Virus record (IMG/VR): IMGVR_UViG_3300028260_000001
Span: 248,333-305,343 of that record
Length of the DNA stretch: 57,011 nt
From: a virus
Lineage: Duplodnaviria > Heunggongvirae > Uroviricota > Caudoviricetes
Reading direction: 5' to 3' (one strand)
Position numbers and translations under genes: made by a program. Within the stretch, counting starts at the first letter, position 1. The number at the start of each line of letters is the position of its first letter. Below are positions 17,425 through 26,732 of the stretch, in pieces. A model generated the notes under the pieces. That model worked only from the letters and a program-made list of their open reading frames with translations. It was not told where the DNA came from and did no database searches.

Positions 17425-18324
17425 TTAAACCTTAGCGAATTCTGCAACGTTCAGGGCTTGATCGCCCAGCATTGGTTCCGAAGCACCGATGTCGTAAACC
17501 ATGGTCAGACCATTCGAGTTATAGGCAATTGGGTGGTTAGTGGCAACGTGTACCGAGATCTGAGCACCGATGACTTCGTTGTAGTCGAAGCTACCACCGC
17601 CACCAGCTGCACCCGATACGAGTTTGTCTACACCAGTAACCAGACCGATTTCAGAGATAACTGGAGAACGAGTCGAACCCGTACGAACACGGTGAGCGTT
17701 AACGATCTCTGCGATGTCTTCTTTGGTGAACTTAACTTCTACGATAGCAGAAGCCGAAATGTATTTCGGAGAACCTACAACAACACCCGTGTTTGGAATA
17801 ACAGGAGCGGTAGGGTTCAAGTCATCCAGAGTCGGGACGTACGGCTTGGTTACTTCAACACCATTGATAATCTCGATTTCCAGCAGCTGTGGAACAACAG
17901 CAGAAATGTTGATACGACGACCGTAGTAAGCGAAGTAAGGTTTCGACTTGTGTGTTTCTTGCACGCGCAGGCAATACTTCTCACGTTCCAATGCAGTCAG
18001 GTCATCAGTGACTTCACGCAATACGAATGGAATGTGGTTGTACAGACCGTTGTGGTTAGTACGGTGTGGACGAACATCAGTTTCATCCGAACCATCGTCA
18101 GCTACCACAGTGTAGTGACCTTTGTTACCAATTACGAGGTAACGGAAGTTCAGCGATTGTGCGTCAGCTGGGAGTACACCGTTTTGTACGTTGAACTTTT
18201 GGTTAAGCGTGGTATTTCGCAGCAGGGCTACCTTCTGTGGTAGACCCAGGTATTTGACGGTTTGTAACAGAGCACCGACAGCGGTACGTGTTACGTTAAC
18301 TACTTGTTGATCGAGAATGGACAT
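17425..18324 (-). CDS. Virion structural protein (gp139-like)
   Basis: 299-aa ORF with strong codon bias; HIPFVLR...DDL, YFAYY, ISEIGL.TG.D; synteny. Confidence 0.7.
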   Translation of the reverse strand: MSILDQQVVNVTRTAVGALLQTVKYLGLPQKVALLRNTTLNQKFNVQNGVLPADAQSLNFRYLVIGNKGHYTVVADDGSDETDVRPHRTNHNGLYNHIPFVLREVTDDLTALEREKYCLRVQETHKSKPYFAYYGRRINISAVVPQLLEIEIINGVEVTKPYVPTLDDLNPTAPVIPNTGVVVGSPKYISASAIVEVKFTKEDIAEIVNAHRVRTGSTRSPVISEIGLVTGVDKLVSGAAGGGGSFDYNEVIGAQISVHVATNHPIAYNSNGLTMVYDIGASEPMLGDQALNVAEFAKV

Positions 18325-18343
18325 ATCAAACCCTTATTGGAAT

Positions 18344-18835
18344 TCATGTTTTGCAAGTTGTATGGCAAGTACGAGTCATAACACAAGCCCACAAGCCGCC
18401 GAGTTGTGATGGATTGACTTGATGGATAGTGGAAAGATGGAAAGCAATACCTTCACCTTTCTGGACTGGGATGTTGTTACCTGCTAGGTTGATGTACATT
18501 CCGTCTTGCAACGCGTAAGCAATTACGGTACCGCACGACTCTTGACCAACCCAGTAGGTCATAGTATCCAGGAACCCAACATGAGGTTCGAATTCCAAGA
18601 ACCAACATTGCAGAGCACGTTTAACGATAGGCTCTGGGATTAGTTCTTTGTACTTAGCGCGTTGATGGCGGTTCCAGCTAAACCAACGGCTGTATTTGTA
18701 GCGACTTTCTTTGTCACGGATATTCTTACCGATACGCAACCGCGTACCAGTTGATTCAGACAACGTGAGTTCTTGGCGCAGCTCGGCGAGAGCTTCTACC
18801 TTACCGTCGTCCAAAGCTGGGAGTAGTGTATACAT
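18344..18835 (-). CDS. Degenerate double-stranded beta-helix / 2OG-Fe(II) oxygenase-like protein
   Basis: WFLEF....GFLD..., VIAYAL, KGEGIAF....IHQV parallels the neighbouring oxygenase but lacks the first His of HxD. Confidence 0.5.
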   Translation of the reverse strand: MYTLLPALDDGKVEALAELRQELTLSESTGTRLRIGKNIRDKESRYKYSRWFSWNRHQRAKYKELIPEPIVKRALQCWFLEFEPHVGFLDTMTYWVGQESCGTVIAYALQDGMYINLAGNNIPVQKGEGIAFHLSTIHQVNPSQLGGLWACVMTRTCHTTCKT

Positions 18836-18843
18836 GCGTGTAC

Positions 18844-19299
18844 CTAATCGTAGAGGAAAATGAGGACGTAACGTCGAGTAGCAACTGGTGGTACAGCGTG
18901 TGGTTCAGACCGCATGGGGAACACAACACCTTTACCGGGTTGATCTGGATGGAATACACCAGAGATCTCAATTCCATCACCGTCATTGTTCAAAGCAATA
19001 ACCATGTTGTGGCGGTAGTATGCACGGTCAACATGCTCGGGCATGCCGTTACCTGGTTCATACCGATTTGCACAAACTTCAGCCAGTGGACACCCTTCAA
19101 TCTTGGGAGCTAAGCCCCACAAGATCTCTCTGAGTTCTTTTGGCATCTGCTTGTCTCCTAGGAACCAGTAGTCGGCCTTAGGATCGCCTTTGGTGGGGAT
19201 ACTGTTGATCTTTAAGCGATGGTACCAGTAGTCATCTGGGAGGGCTTCTAGAGCCTCCCTGATAGCTTTAGCGACGTCAGTGGAAAACGCGACCACCAT
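18844..19299 (-). CDS. 2OG-Fe(II) dioxygenase-like protein; probable start 19299
   Basis: NRYEPGNGMPEHVD (HxD), GKGVVFP....HAVPPV..RRYVL (distal His and 2OG-binding Arg). Confidence 0.78.
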   Translation of the reverse strand: MVVAFSTDVAKAIREALEALPDDYWYHRLKINSIPTKGDPKADYWFLGDKQMPKELREILWGLAPKIEGCPLAEVCANRYEPGNGMPEHVDRAYYRHNMVIALNNDGDGIEISGVFHPDQPGKGVVFPMRSEPHAVPPVATRRYVLIFLYD

Positions 19300-19846
19300 C
19301 GAGCGATCTCGGACCGAGTTCCTCGTGTAGACCACCGGCGAAACGTTCTTCGTCACCTGCTGCAATTTCATCATTGGTGACGTATCGGTAGTTAGGGTCA
19401 TTCGCGTATGCCTCTTTGTGTTCACGGTTAGCGTCACGTGCAGTATTGATGTAGTCGAGCATCTCTTCGAGTTCGTCTAGTTCAATACCGTGTTCTTTAG
19501 CCAGGATCTTGATAGCCCGACTTAACACGTTAACCTGTTCGGCAATCGGATACACTTTAGTGATCTTAGTTGCCATTGCTTTATCGAGCTGGAATTCGTA
19601 GACGACTTCTGGGAGATCAGCGTTGTTTACGATCTCGTAGTCTGGATACTTACCAACGATAGTCTGCGTGTTGCTATCGAACTCGGCTTCTACGTAGTTC
19701 ATCAGATCTGCACCGCTAAGATCAGAGATCTCGACGTTGCTAAGGGCGAAAATGAATTCGCCACTTACTTTGTTGAATGCCAGTACACTGTTTGGACCAG
19801 GTGCACTATTGCCGATTGCAGTGTAGATATCTGCTGTTGTTGCCAT
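19277..19846 (-). CDS. Hypothetical protein, possible fibre chaperone
   Basis: AGGA RBS; follows the fibre genes; KITKVYP...Q.N motif. Confidence 0.6.
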   Translation of the reverse strand: MATTADIYTAIGNSAPGPNSVLAFNKVSGEFIFALSNVEISDLSGADLMNYVEAEFDSNTQTIVGKYPDYEIVNNADLPEVVYEFQLDKAMATKITKVYPIAEQVNVLSRAIKILAKEHGIELDELEEMLDYINTARDANREHKEAYANDPNYRYVTNDEIAAGDEERFAGGLHEELGPRSLDGGRVFH

Positions 19847-19861
19847 TGTTATTTCCTTTTC

Positions 19862-21214
19862 TTAAGCGAGGTATACCCAGCCAGAAGCTGTACGGGTAAA
19901 GAGTAGTACCGTTCGGATAGCCAACTCGAAGTAGTTCGCCCCGTATTGACCCAGAGCCATAGAACCGACAGGCCAGTTAGCAAGGCTAGCGAAACTGGTA
20001 TTCAGAATGTTCAAGCCTGCGTTAGCACCTGTTGTAGATTCTGCACCTTTAGCACCAGTGATGTAACCGATGTATGCAACCTTACCACGCGAGTCGTTAA
20101 TCGGTTTCAGCAACGTTGCCCAGTTCTTCCAAGTCTGGTCACCAGCCAATGCCCAGTTAGATACATCAGAACCATCGTACCCGCTACCAAGCTGAGTATA
20201 AGGGAACCGACCACCTACAATGTTAGCAGCTGGGATATTTACGCGAGACTGGTTGTAGAAGCTGGTGTAGTCTATACCGTTGAACAACGTGGCGTTAGCT
20301 GCGTAATCGGTCCACTTCAGTTTCGAGGCAAGCTGACCATTAACGTAAGTCGTCGTATAAACACCGGCCATGTCAGCTGTAACACCGTGAGGGTTAGCGT
20401 AGTTAACTTGGTGTGCGTTCAAGCGAGGAATCAAACTACCTGCCAGGATTTGGTAAACACCACCAATCGGCAAGTACGTATTAGCGTTAGCTGGATCTTC
20501 AATGTGGAACACACCAGAGAACGGCCAGTTGAACAGCTTCTCACGTTGTACTTGAGCTGGAGTCAAAGAGTGTGGGTTATTGAAGTTCGAGATGTGCGCA
20601 TTCACTGCTGCTTGATAATTAGCAATCTCTGCACGAGCACTAGCTACGTAGTCATCAGCGTAACGTTCGTTATCCGACATTACTGCCGAGTTCCCTTTAG
20701 CCCAAGCTGCTGCTAACCGATCGATCTCTTTGACGGTTGTTTCCAGTCCGTAGAGCTGCCAGTATTTGTGTGCGTGTGGTGATGGCTTGTACACTGTTGG
20801 TTTACCAATGATGTCGCCCCAAACGAATGGGAAGTTCGAATCATCGACAGCCTCTAACAGTTCTTGCAATTCATCTGCCGAGACAGAGAACGGACCACCG
20901 AGCGCTTGGTACTGGATAGTAACGGGTGAAACCACCGCAGCATTAGTGACAACTACGAAACCCATTACTTCTTTGCCGGTTAGTGTCGACATGTCTTCGT
21001 AATGGTAAACAGTTTTGTAGTCAGTACCTTGGATCAACAGTCGCCCAGTATTGTCCCGAGCAATCATGGACTTCGAATAGAATGCCCCATGCTTGCAAAC
21101 GAATGCCCGGTTGGTCTTACCTGCAACAGTGATCAAGTGATGGACTTCATTGCTTCGGCGATTACCGAGTGCAGTTCCCGTGAAGTCCGTCGGGATAAAT
21201 GTCAATGTTGTCAT
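19862..21214 (-). CDS. Tail fibre protein, paralog 3 (gp131-135 family)
   Basis: P.D.TG N-terminus, G.DY, W..I.GKP....P..H.H..W.L.G, H....NPH..T..Q repeats. Confidence 0.75.
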   Translation of the reverse strand: MTTLTFIPTDFTGTALGNRRSNEVHHLITVAGKTNRAFVCKHGAFYSKSMIARDNTGRLLIQGTDYKTVYHYEDMSTLTGKEVMGFVVVTNAAVVSPVTIQYQALGGPFSVSADELQELLEAVDDSNFPFVWGDIIGKPTVYKPSPHAHKYWQLYGLETTVKEIDRLAAAWAKGNSAVMSDNERYADDYVASARAEIANYQAAVNAHISNFNNPHSLTPAQVQREKLFNWPFSGVFHIEDPANANTYLPIGGVYQILAGSLIPRLNAHQVNYANPHGVTADMAGVYTTTYVNGQLASKLKWTDYAANATLFNGIDYTSFYNQSRVNIPAANIVGGRFPYTQLGSGYDGSDVSNWALAGDQTWKNWATLLKPINDSRGKVAYIGYITGAKGAESTTGANAGLNILNTSFASLANWPVGSMALGQYGANYFELAIRTVLLFTRTASGWVYLA

Positions 21215-22626
21215 CAGTTAGGACCTTGTGATCTTACCCATGCACCAGCGCTACTACCGTTAAACAATCGCACAGCCATACCAATGTTGTTCGATACAGT
21301 TCTTTGGGAACCGTTGGATGTACCGATGTTGATCGTGTAATCCATACGTACCAGCATGATCGTACCACCTGGGAAGGCTACTGGGTCAGACAACGCTGCG
21401 TTAGCCAATGCCAAAATCTCAGCATCGCTACCAGTTACAGAACCCAACATGGTGATAACCTTAGTCGGGATTACTTCGAACTGTTTAAACTTAGGTGCAA
21501 TCGGCAACCAGTTTAATGACGGAGCTAAGTAATAGTCACGACCTGGCCAATCTCCAGAGGTAGAGAATCGAGCTGGGTGAATACGACCACTGTTGACGTT
21601 AATGTTAGCAACGTTGTTGTTGACGCGAGCAGAGTTATAGAAAGTCGTTGGTGTCATACCAAAGATATTCGTGGATTGCCGAACAGTCGAACCCACTGGA
21701 ACGTATTCAGCGGAGATTGTGTTCCACTGTGCTACCGTGTAGACACTTAACTGAGCAGCAGTAACCCGGTGAGGGTTATTTCTGTTCGCTACGTGCTCTG
21801 CCAGTTTATCACCGAAGTTTACTTTGATCGAAACAGCCATCGAATACGGCGTAGCGTATTTGTTCATCACTGTTGAATCTGGTGCCTGTGCTTCTTGCAC
21901 AGTAGCGACAGGTTGGTTCGGCACGTTGCCCAAGCCAAGCTTCTGTTTGGTTTCACGGTGAGGGTTAGAAGTAACGTCAGCAATGTGTGCAGTCAAGACC
22001 GCATCAACAGCAGTAAGTTGCTTCTCTACTTCGGACATATCCAAGTTGAACTGTAACATCAATGCATCGTAGTCCTTCTGGACTTTTCTTTCGATGCCTG
22101 AAGTCATTCGCTTCAGTTGCAGTACTTGAGGAGTAAACCCGAACAGTTCCCACAGTGCATGCAAGTGTCCATTAGGACGGAAGTCATCAGGCTTACCTGT
22201 GATGTTGTTCCAATGGATCTTACGTGTGGTGTTCTGCAACCCTTTTGCTGCTTCAACGATCGACTGTGCAACACTGCAATAAGGACCACCCAACATCTGG
22301 GCATCTACTTCTACAATGTTGTTTACTTTCGGGTTGATGATAGCGATAACGGAACAGACCGTCTTAGCTGTCTTATCAACAGCATCGGACAAGAAACCAA
22401 TGCATTGATAGTCACGCCCTTCTTTCAGTTCGTAACCGACGCCATCGATGATGTACATCGTTTCAGTAAAGAAATAACCATTCCTTAGAACGACAACACG
22501 AAAAGGCAAACCGTTTTGATCTGCCAAGTCGTACTGTTCGCCTTTAGTCCGGTTATCCAAAGAACTACCGCTCCAGTCGAGGGGTAGCGCATGAAGAATT
22601 GGATTCATATTTAGACCTGTACCCAA
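21214..22626 (-). CDS. Tail fibre protein, paralog 2
   Basis: LPLD..G, GRDY, W.NITGKP....P.GH.H.LW, NPH repeats. Confidence 0.75.
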   Translation of the reverse strand: MGTGLNMNPILHALPLDWSGSSLDNRTKGEQYDLADQNGLPFRVVVLRNGYFFTETMYIIDGVGYELKEGRDYQCIGFLSDAVDKTAKTVCSVIAIINPKVNNIVEVDAQMLGGPYCSVAQSIVEAAKGLQNTTRKIHWNNITGKPDDFRPNGHLHALWELFGFTPQVLQLKRMTSGIERKVQKDYDALMLQFNLDMSEVEKQLTAVDAVLTAHIADVTSNPHRETKQKLGLGNVPNQPVATVQEAQAPDSTVMNKYATPYSMAVSIKVNFGDKLAEHVANRNNPHRVTAAQLSVYTVAQWNTISAEYVPVGSTVRQSTNIFGMTPTTFYNSARVNNNVANINVNSGRIHPARFSTSGDWPGRDYYLAPSLNWLPIAPKFKQFEVIPTKVITMLGSVTGSDAEILALANAALSDPVAFPGGTIMLVRMDYTINIGTSNGSQRTVSNNIGMAVRLFNGSSAGAWVRSQGPN

Positions 22627-23960
22627 CCACTGGCAGTTCGTGCCGCGGCAAATTGGAATTTGTGCGTGTTAGTGGATGCACCGTTACCATAACCCTGAGC
22701 CTGTGTTACGTTCACCGTAAACAATGCCACTGTACCAATTGGTGCGGTGGTTAAGTTGGAGTATGCCGTGTTCAACACGTTCAACGCAGTGGCTACAGAA
22801 GGCTGGGCAGACAACTGAATGAGTTTGTAGTTCTCAGCTGTACCGTATTCTGGTTGCAACTGGGAAATGTCAACCCACGTACCGTTACCACGAAGGATAC
22901 GTGTGCCGTCGGCTGTACCATAAGTCAATTGGTTTGGAACCAACATGCCTTGAGAGAACGTAGACGTCTGCAGGTTTGAACGAACATCATTCATGAATGT
23001 AATGCTTGAAGCATTCGCACTCTGCCATAGCACCGCTAAGGTATTCACTACAGTATCGGTCTTGTTATGGAGGGCATTCAACTTAGCTGTCTGTGATGCT
23101 TTAGGATCAGCTGCCAGTTGTGCAGGAGTAGTCACGTGTGGATCAGCAGGGTTCAAGTTGATGTGTGCGTTCAACGATGTCGTTGGTGCTTGACCGATCG
23201 TGTAATGAGCCAGTGATGGTGTCAAATACTGATCATTCGCCTGTCCCTGTGCTGCTGTGGACTGTGTAGCTAAACCGTAGTTCTGTACGGTACCGAGATC
23301 TACTTGATCAGGACGAATTTGGTGCGGGTCATTCTTGTCAGCAATGTGGTTAGCTAAACGGGTATTGAATCGCGCCATGAATTGATCATAGCGATCCTTT
23401 ACCTGTGTCCGATAATCCGCTTCAGCAGTTTGTGCACCAATCGTAACAGCTCGTGCTAACCGTTCAATTTCATTGTTGAATGGTTGGAACTTATCCAGTC
23501 CCCAACGTTCTTGCGCTAGTTCACCAGGACCCCAAACAGGTTCGCTACCAATGTAGTCGTTAATAGAAGGCACCTTAGGGTTGCTCTTATAGAACGCAAC
23601 GTAATCAGTAATCACCGTGAAGCTGTACGCCAGATCCCCACCGACCATTTGAGCCTGTAGATAGACCTTACCTGTTAGCGTGTTATTAAGGAAGACAATT
23701 GCACCTGACACATCTCGACCTGTACGATCAGAGACCTGCTGGTATTTGTACGTCCAGATATAATCCGTACCTGCTTTTAGTTGATTGAAGTTCTTATCGA
23801 AAACACGCAGGCTTTTGCTGTAGAACCCACCGTGTTCCATTACGATTATCCGATAAGGGAAACCAGAAATAGATACCAACAGGTGTTCTTCAGAGCCGAT
23901 GTGATTATTGGGATTAGTGCCCGACAAATCCAAAGGCAATTGGACGATTGAATTCGCCAT
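22611..23960 (-). CDS. Tail fibre protein, paralog 1
   Basis: LPLDLSG.NP.N.I..E, GTDY, DPH repeats; C-terminus ARTASGWV shared with paralog 3. Confidence 0.75.
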   Translation of the reverse strand: MANSIVQLPLDLSGTNPNNHIGSEEHLLVSISGFPYRIIVMEHGGFYSKSLRVFDKNFNQLKAGTDYIWTYKYQQVSDRTGRDVSGAIVFLNNTLTGKVYLQAQMVGGDLAYSFTVITDYVAFYKSNPKVPSINDYIGSEPVWGPGELAQERWGLDKFQPFNNEIERLARAVTIGAQTAEADYRTQVKDRYDQFMARFNTRLANHIADKNDPHQIRPDQVDLGTVQNYGLATQSTAAQGQANDQYLTPSLAHYTIGQAPTTSLNAHINLNPADPHVTTPAQLAADPKASQTAKLNALHNKTDTVVNTLAVLWQSANASSITFMNDVRSNLQTSTFSQGMLVPNQLTYGTADGTRILRGNGTWVDISQLQPEYGTAENYKLIQLSAQPSVATALNVLNTAYSNLTTAPIGTVALFTVNVTQAQGYGNGASTNTHKFQFAAARTASGWVQV

Positions 23961-23987
23961 GTTTACTCCAGTTTTAAGCAGAAGAAA

Positions 23988-24010
23988 GAGACACGGTTTG
24001 CCCGTGTCTC
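23988..24010 (-). terminator. Hairpin/terminator inside the fibre operon
   Basis: GAGACACGG-TTTGC-CCGTGTCTC, followed on the minus strand by TTTCTT. Confidence 0.6.
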
Positions 24011-24019
24011 AATCTGAGG

Positions 24020-24337
24020 TTATGGTAAGCGAGCAGCAGCGTCACGGAAGGCTTCACCGATAGGTCCGTAGACGTTCTCTTCAGCCCAATCGTTGGTTCG
24101 CTTAGGCGTCATCAACGATGTGTTGTTTACTGCACTAGCCGCCTCCGTCTTGGTAGACGGGGCGTAGTTGGGAACACGCTCTAACCCAATGTCAGCAGGA
24201 ACGAGATCATGCACGTTCCCTTTCTGATTGATGTGGTTATTGATCCGGGTACATAACGCCAATACAACAGCGGCGGTGCGACTACCCAGACCACGCATGT
24301 CGCTCATTAATTGCTGCAGTGTGATTTGGTTAATCAT
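24020..24337 (-). CDS. Small fibre-associated protein with one NVH repeat unit
   Basis: HINQKGNVHDLVPADIGLERVPNY matches the repeat in 24337..26622. Confidence 0.7.
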   Translation of the reverse strand: MINQITLQQLMSDMRGLGSRTAAVVLALCTRINNHINQKGNVHDLVPADIGLERVPNYAPSTKTEAASAVNNTSLMTPKRTNDWAEENVYGPIGEAFRDAAARLP

Positions 24338-26622
24338 TACTTATACCACGCTGAGTCAGTGTCTTCAGGATCAATAGACGTTCCCCGATGCGCGTACAGC
24401 AAAGCGTTATCTGGAGAGTCACCGAAGAATTGAGTTTGATTCAGACTATTGACGGTTACGGTGAACTTATACCCGGCAGCAATAGATACCAGCGGAACTT
24501 GGTTCGAACGTACGTCACATTGCCCTTGAGAATTGTCACCGATGAACCATGCTTTACCTTTGTTGGTCAGCATAGCGAAGTGATCGTAACCACCTGCGAT
24601 CTGTGCAATACCTTCACCAGCGTCTGTGTTGTTGATCAGCCCAGCTGAACGCAGACCCGCCGATACACCATCACCACTAACAGCCGTAGGAGAAGCAACC
24701 AATGCTACGGTAATAGCAGTTGGCGTAGTCCGGTTGATGTTAGCCAGGAATGCACCTTTGGTTTCAGTCAGGATCAAGATCTGTGTTTCACCAACAATTA
24801 CGTCAGCGATCGTATCAGTAGCCTTGACTGTAGTCAGCAACGAGTTCATCGAGCTTACAAACGTAGCATCGCCCAGTGGTACCCAATCGCTAGTCACTAC
24901 AGAACCGGTCGTTACTTCAACTTCAGCAACTGCCACGATCTGAGTATTCACTCGTTGTGGAGAAGCACTCAGCGATACTGGTTCGCGTGTTGCCGAACTG
25001 GCTACAACTACAACGTTGGTGTTGTCAGCTTTGAATCGACGGATAGCCCCACCATTAGCAGACATCGCGTAGAGTTCAGTCTTGGTTGCCCACAGACCCG
25101 CTACAGCGTTAGCAGCTACGAAGGCAGCATCATCTTTCCAACCCACTGGAGCACTGATTGCAGCAGAACCCGAACTTACGATACCACCACGTGGAGTGAT
25201 GTAGTAACGAGCGTTCTCTTGGGAAGCCCAGCGGTCAACACCGTTGGTCAGGAACTCAGGGAAAGCAACAGCACCGGCAGATGGATACATCGGGATTGAC
25301 GAAGCAGCTACCAGACGGCTATCGGAGTTGTTGTTCCAAACGCTGTAAGCATCAAACATCGCTTTAGCGCCAGCAACCAACTTCAGTTCTTTAGCTTCTT
25401 CTTCCGCTGGTGTAGATGGTTCGACGATGATAGCTGGGTTGCTTACAGAAGCGTATGCATCTTTAACCGCACCACCGAATTGAGTTGTACCGATGAACGT
25501 GTTGAACTCATCTACCGAAACAAACTCACTGGCCCATTCTTCCGGTGTCTTACCACCGAAGGTATTGGCATTACCACCACCAGAACCAGCAACCAATGCA
25601 TCAATCTGTGCCTTGGTGTAAGTACCTACTTGTGCAGCAGTAACTTTGTGTGGGTTCGAAGTTTGGTCAGCAATGTGCTGGTTGATCTTCTGTTCCAATG
25701 CGTCGATACGTGCCGTACCAGCCAAGCTCTGAATCATCAGGGCAACGCTGTATGGTGTAGTCAGTGTATTGTTGTTCGTTATGTCAACTGCTTGAGTTGG
25801 CGTAGCGGCTGGGTAGTTAGGAACGTTACCCAAGTTAATGTCAGATGCACGCAGACCGTGAACGTTACCCGTCGCATTGATGTGTGCATTCAATGGAGCC
25901 ATAGCTACGGCATTGATTGCAGCCAGCATCGATGCAGGGCTGATGTATTTAGTCGACAGCAAACCTGCAATGGCTTCCGGGTTGGTAGCCATGCCATAGT
26001 TCTGAACGTTACCCAGGTTAACCTGAGTAGCAGTAACTTTGTGCGGGTTGTTGAAGTCCTTCAAGTGGCTATCGCTAGCTCCTTCAGAACCTGCTTCAAT
26101 TACGTCAGCCAACCGAGTCAGAGCTTCAACGATTTCTTCAGAACCTACCAACGAATCGATAGACTGATCGTGCTCCATTACTGGGAACGAATACGGCAGT
26201 TCACCGATCATACCCCAGCTACGAACCAGCGGGTTCAACAGCTTACGGTTAAGTTCAGCCAGAATCTGAGTTTCAGAGAAGCCCCAGTTACCGCCGATAG
26301 TCCGATACTTCAGACGTACTTGACCAGTAATAGTTCGCTTCATGAAACGGATCGAACCAGCGATAGGACGACCGATAGAGTCCATGGCTTCAATGAACCA
26401 GTGACCTACGAGGTAGTCTTCGTTTTCTACATAGAGAGCGCCAGTTTGATGGTTGCGTACCTCCAGAGAATCTACAAAGAACGGTGCGGCTTGTGGGATG
26501 ATAAAGTAGTAATCATCTTTGCCGGGAACCTGTAGCGTCTGGATTTCATTTTGGATGAGGTTTGCAGGGTTCGCACCCGTTAAGTCCTCAGGATAGAGAC
26601 CAGTAGTACTAAGGGTGGCCAT
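24337..26622 (-). CDS. Tail/baseplate fibre protein with a C-terminal beta-propeller (phiKZ gp131-like)
   Basis: YPEDLTG.NP.N.I..E N-terminus, three NPH/NVH repeats, RCC1-like blades IAGGYDH...L...G....GDNSQGQC and IAAGYKFT. Confidence 0.78.
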   Translation of the reverse strand: MATLSTTGLYPEDLTGANPANLIQNEIQTLQVPGKDDYYFIIPQAAPFFVDSLEVRNHQTGALYVENEDYLVGHWFIEAMDSIGRPIAGSIRFMKRTITGQVRLKYRTIGGNWGFSETQILAELNRKLLNPLVRSWGMIGELPYSFPVMEHDQSIDSLVGSEEIVEALTRLADVIEAGSEGASDSHLKDFNNPHKVTATQVNLGNVQNYGMATNPEAIAGLLSTKYISPASMLAAINAVAMAPLNAHINATGNVHGLRASDINLGNVPNYPAATPTQAVDITNNNTLTTPYSVALMIQSLAGTARIDALEQKINQHIADQTSNPHKVTAAQVGTYTKAQIDALVAGSGGGNANTFGGKTPEEWASEFVSVDEFNTFIGTTQFGGAVKDAYASVSNPAIIVEPSTPAEEEAKELKLVAGAKAMFDAYSVWNNNSDSRLVAASSIPMYPSAGAVAFPEFLTNGVDRWASQENARYYITPRGGIVSSGSAAISAPVGWKDDAAFVAANAVAGLWATKTELYAMSANGGAIRRFKADNTNVVVVASSATREPVSLSASPQRVNTQIVAVAEVEVTTGSVVTSDWVPLGDATFVSSMNSLLTTVKATDTIADVIVGETQILILTETKGAFLANINRTTPTAITVALVASPTAVSGDGVSAGLRSAGLINNTDAGEGIAQIAGGYDHFAMLTNKGKAWFIGDNSQGQCDVRSNQVPLVSIAAGYKFTVTVNSLNQTQFFGDSPDNALLYAHRGTSIDPEDTDSAWYK

Positions 26623-26732
26623 TATGCCCTCCTGATAGCGCTGGTGCGCGGTTGTTATCTTAATGATGTGTATAGCACACCAGTGTTTTTAAATTCACAT
26701 AGGATTATCCAATCCTCACGGAGGTTTCCATA

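Noticed and set aside
3650-26705. Individual TATG late-promoter candidates (near 3656, 8733, 12936, 14241, 15619 and 26698, minus strand)
   Set aside because: Positions are plausible, but a 4-mer cannot be called without TSS data.
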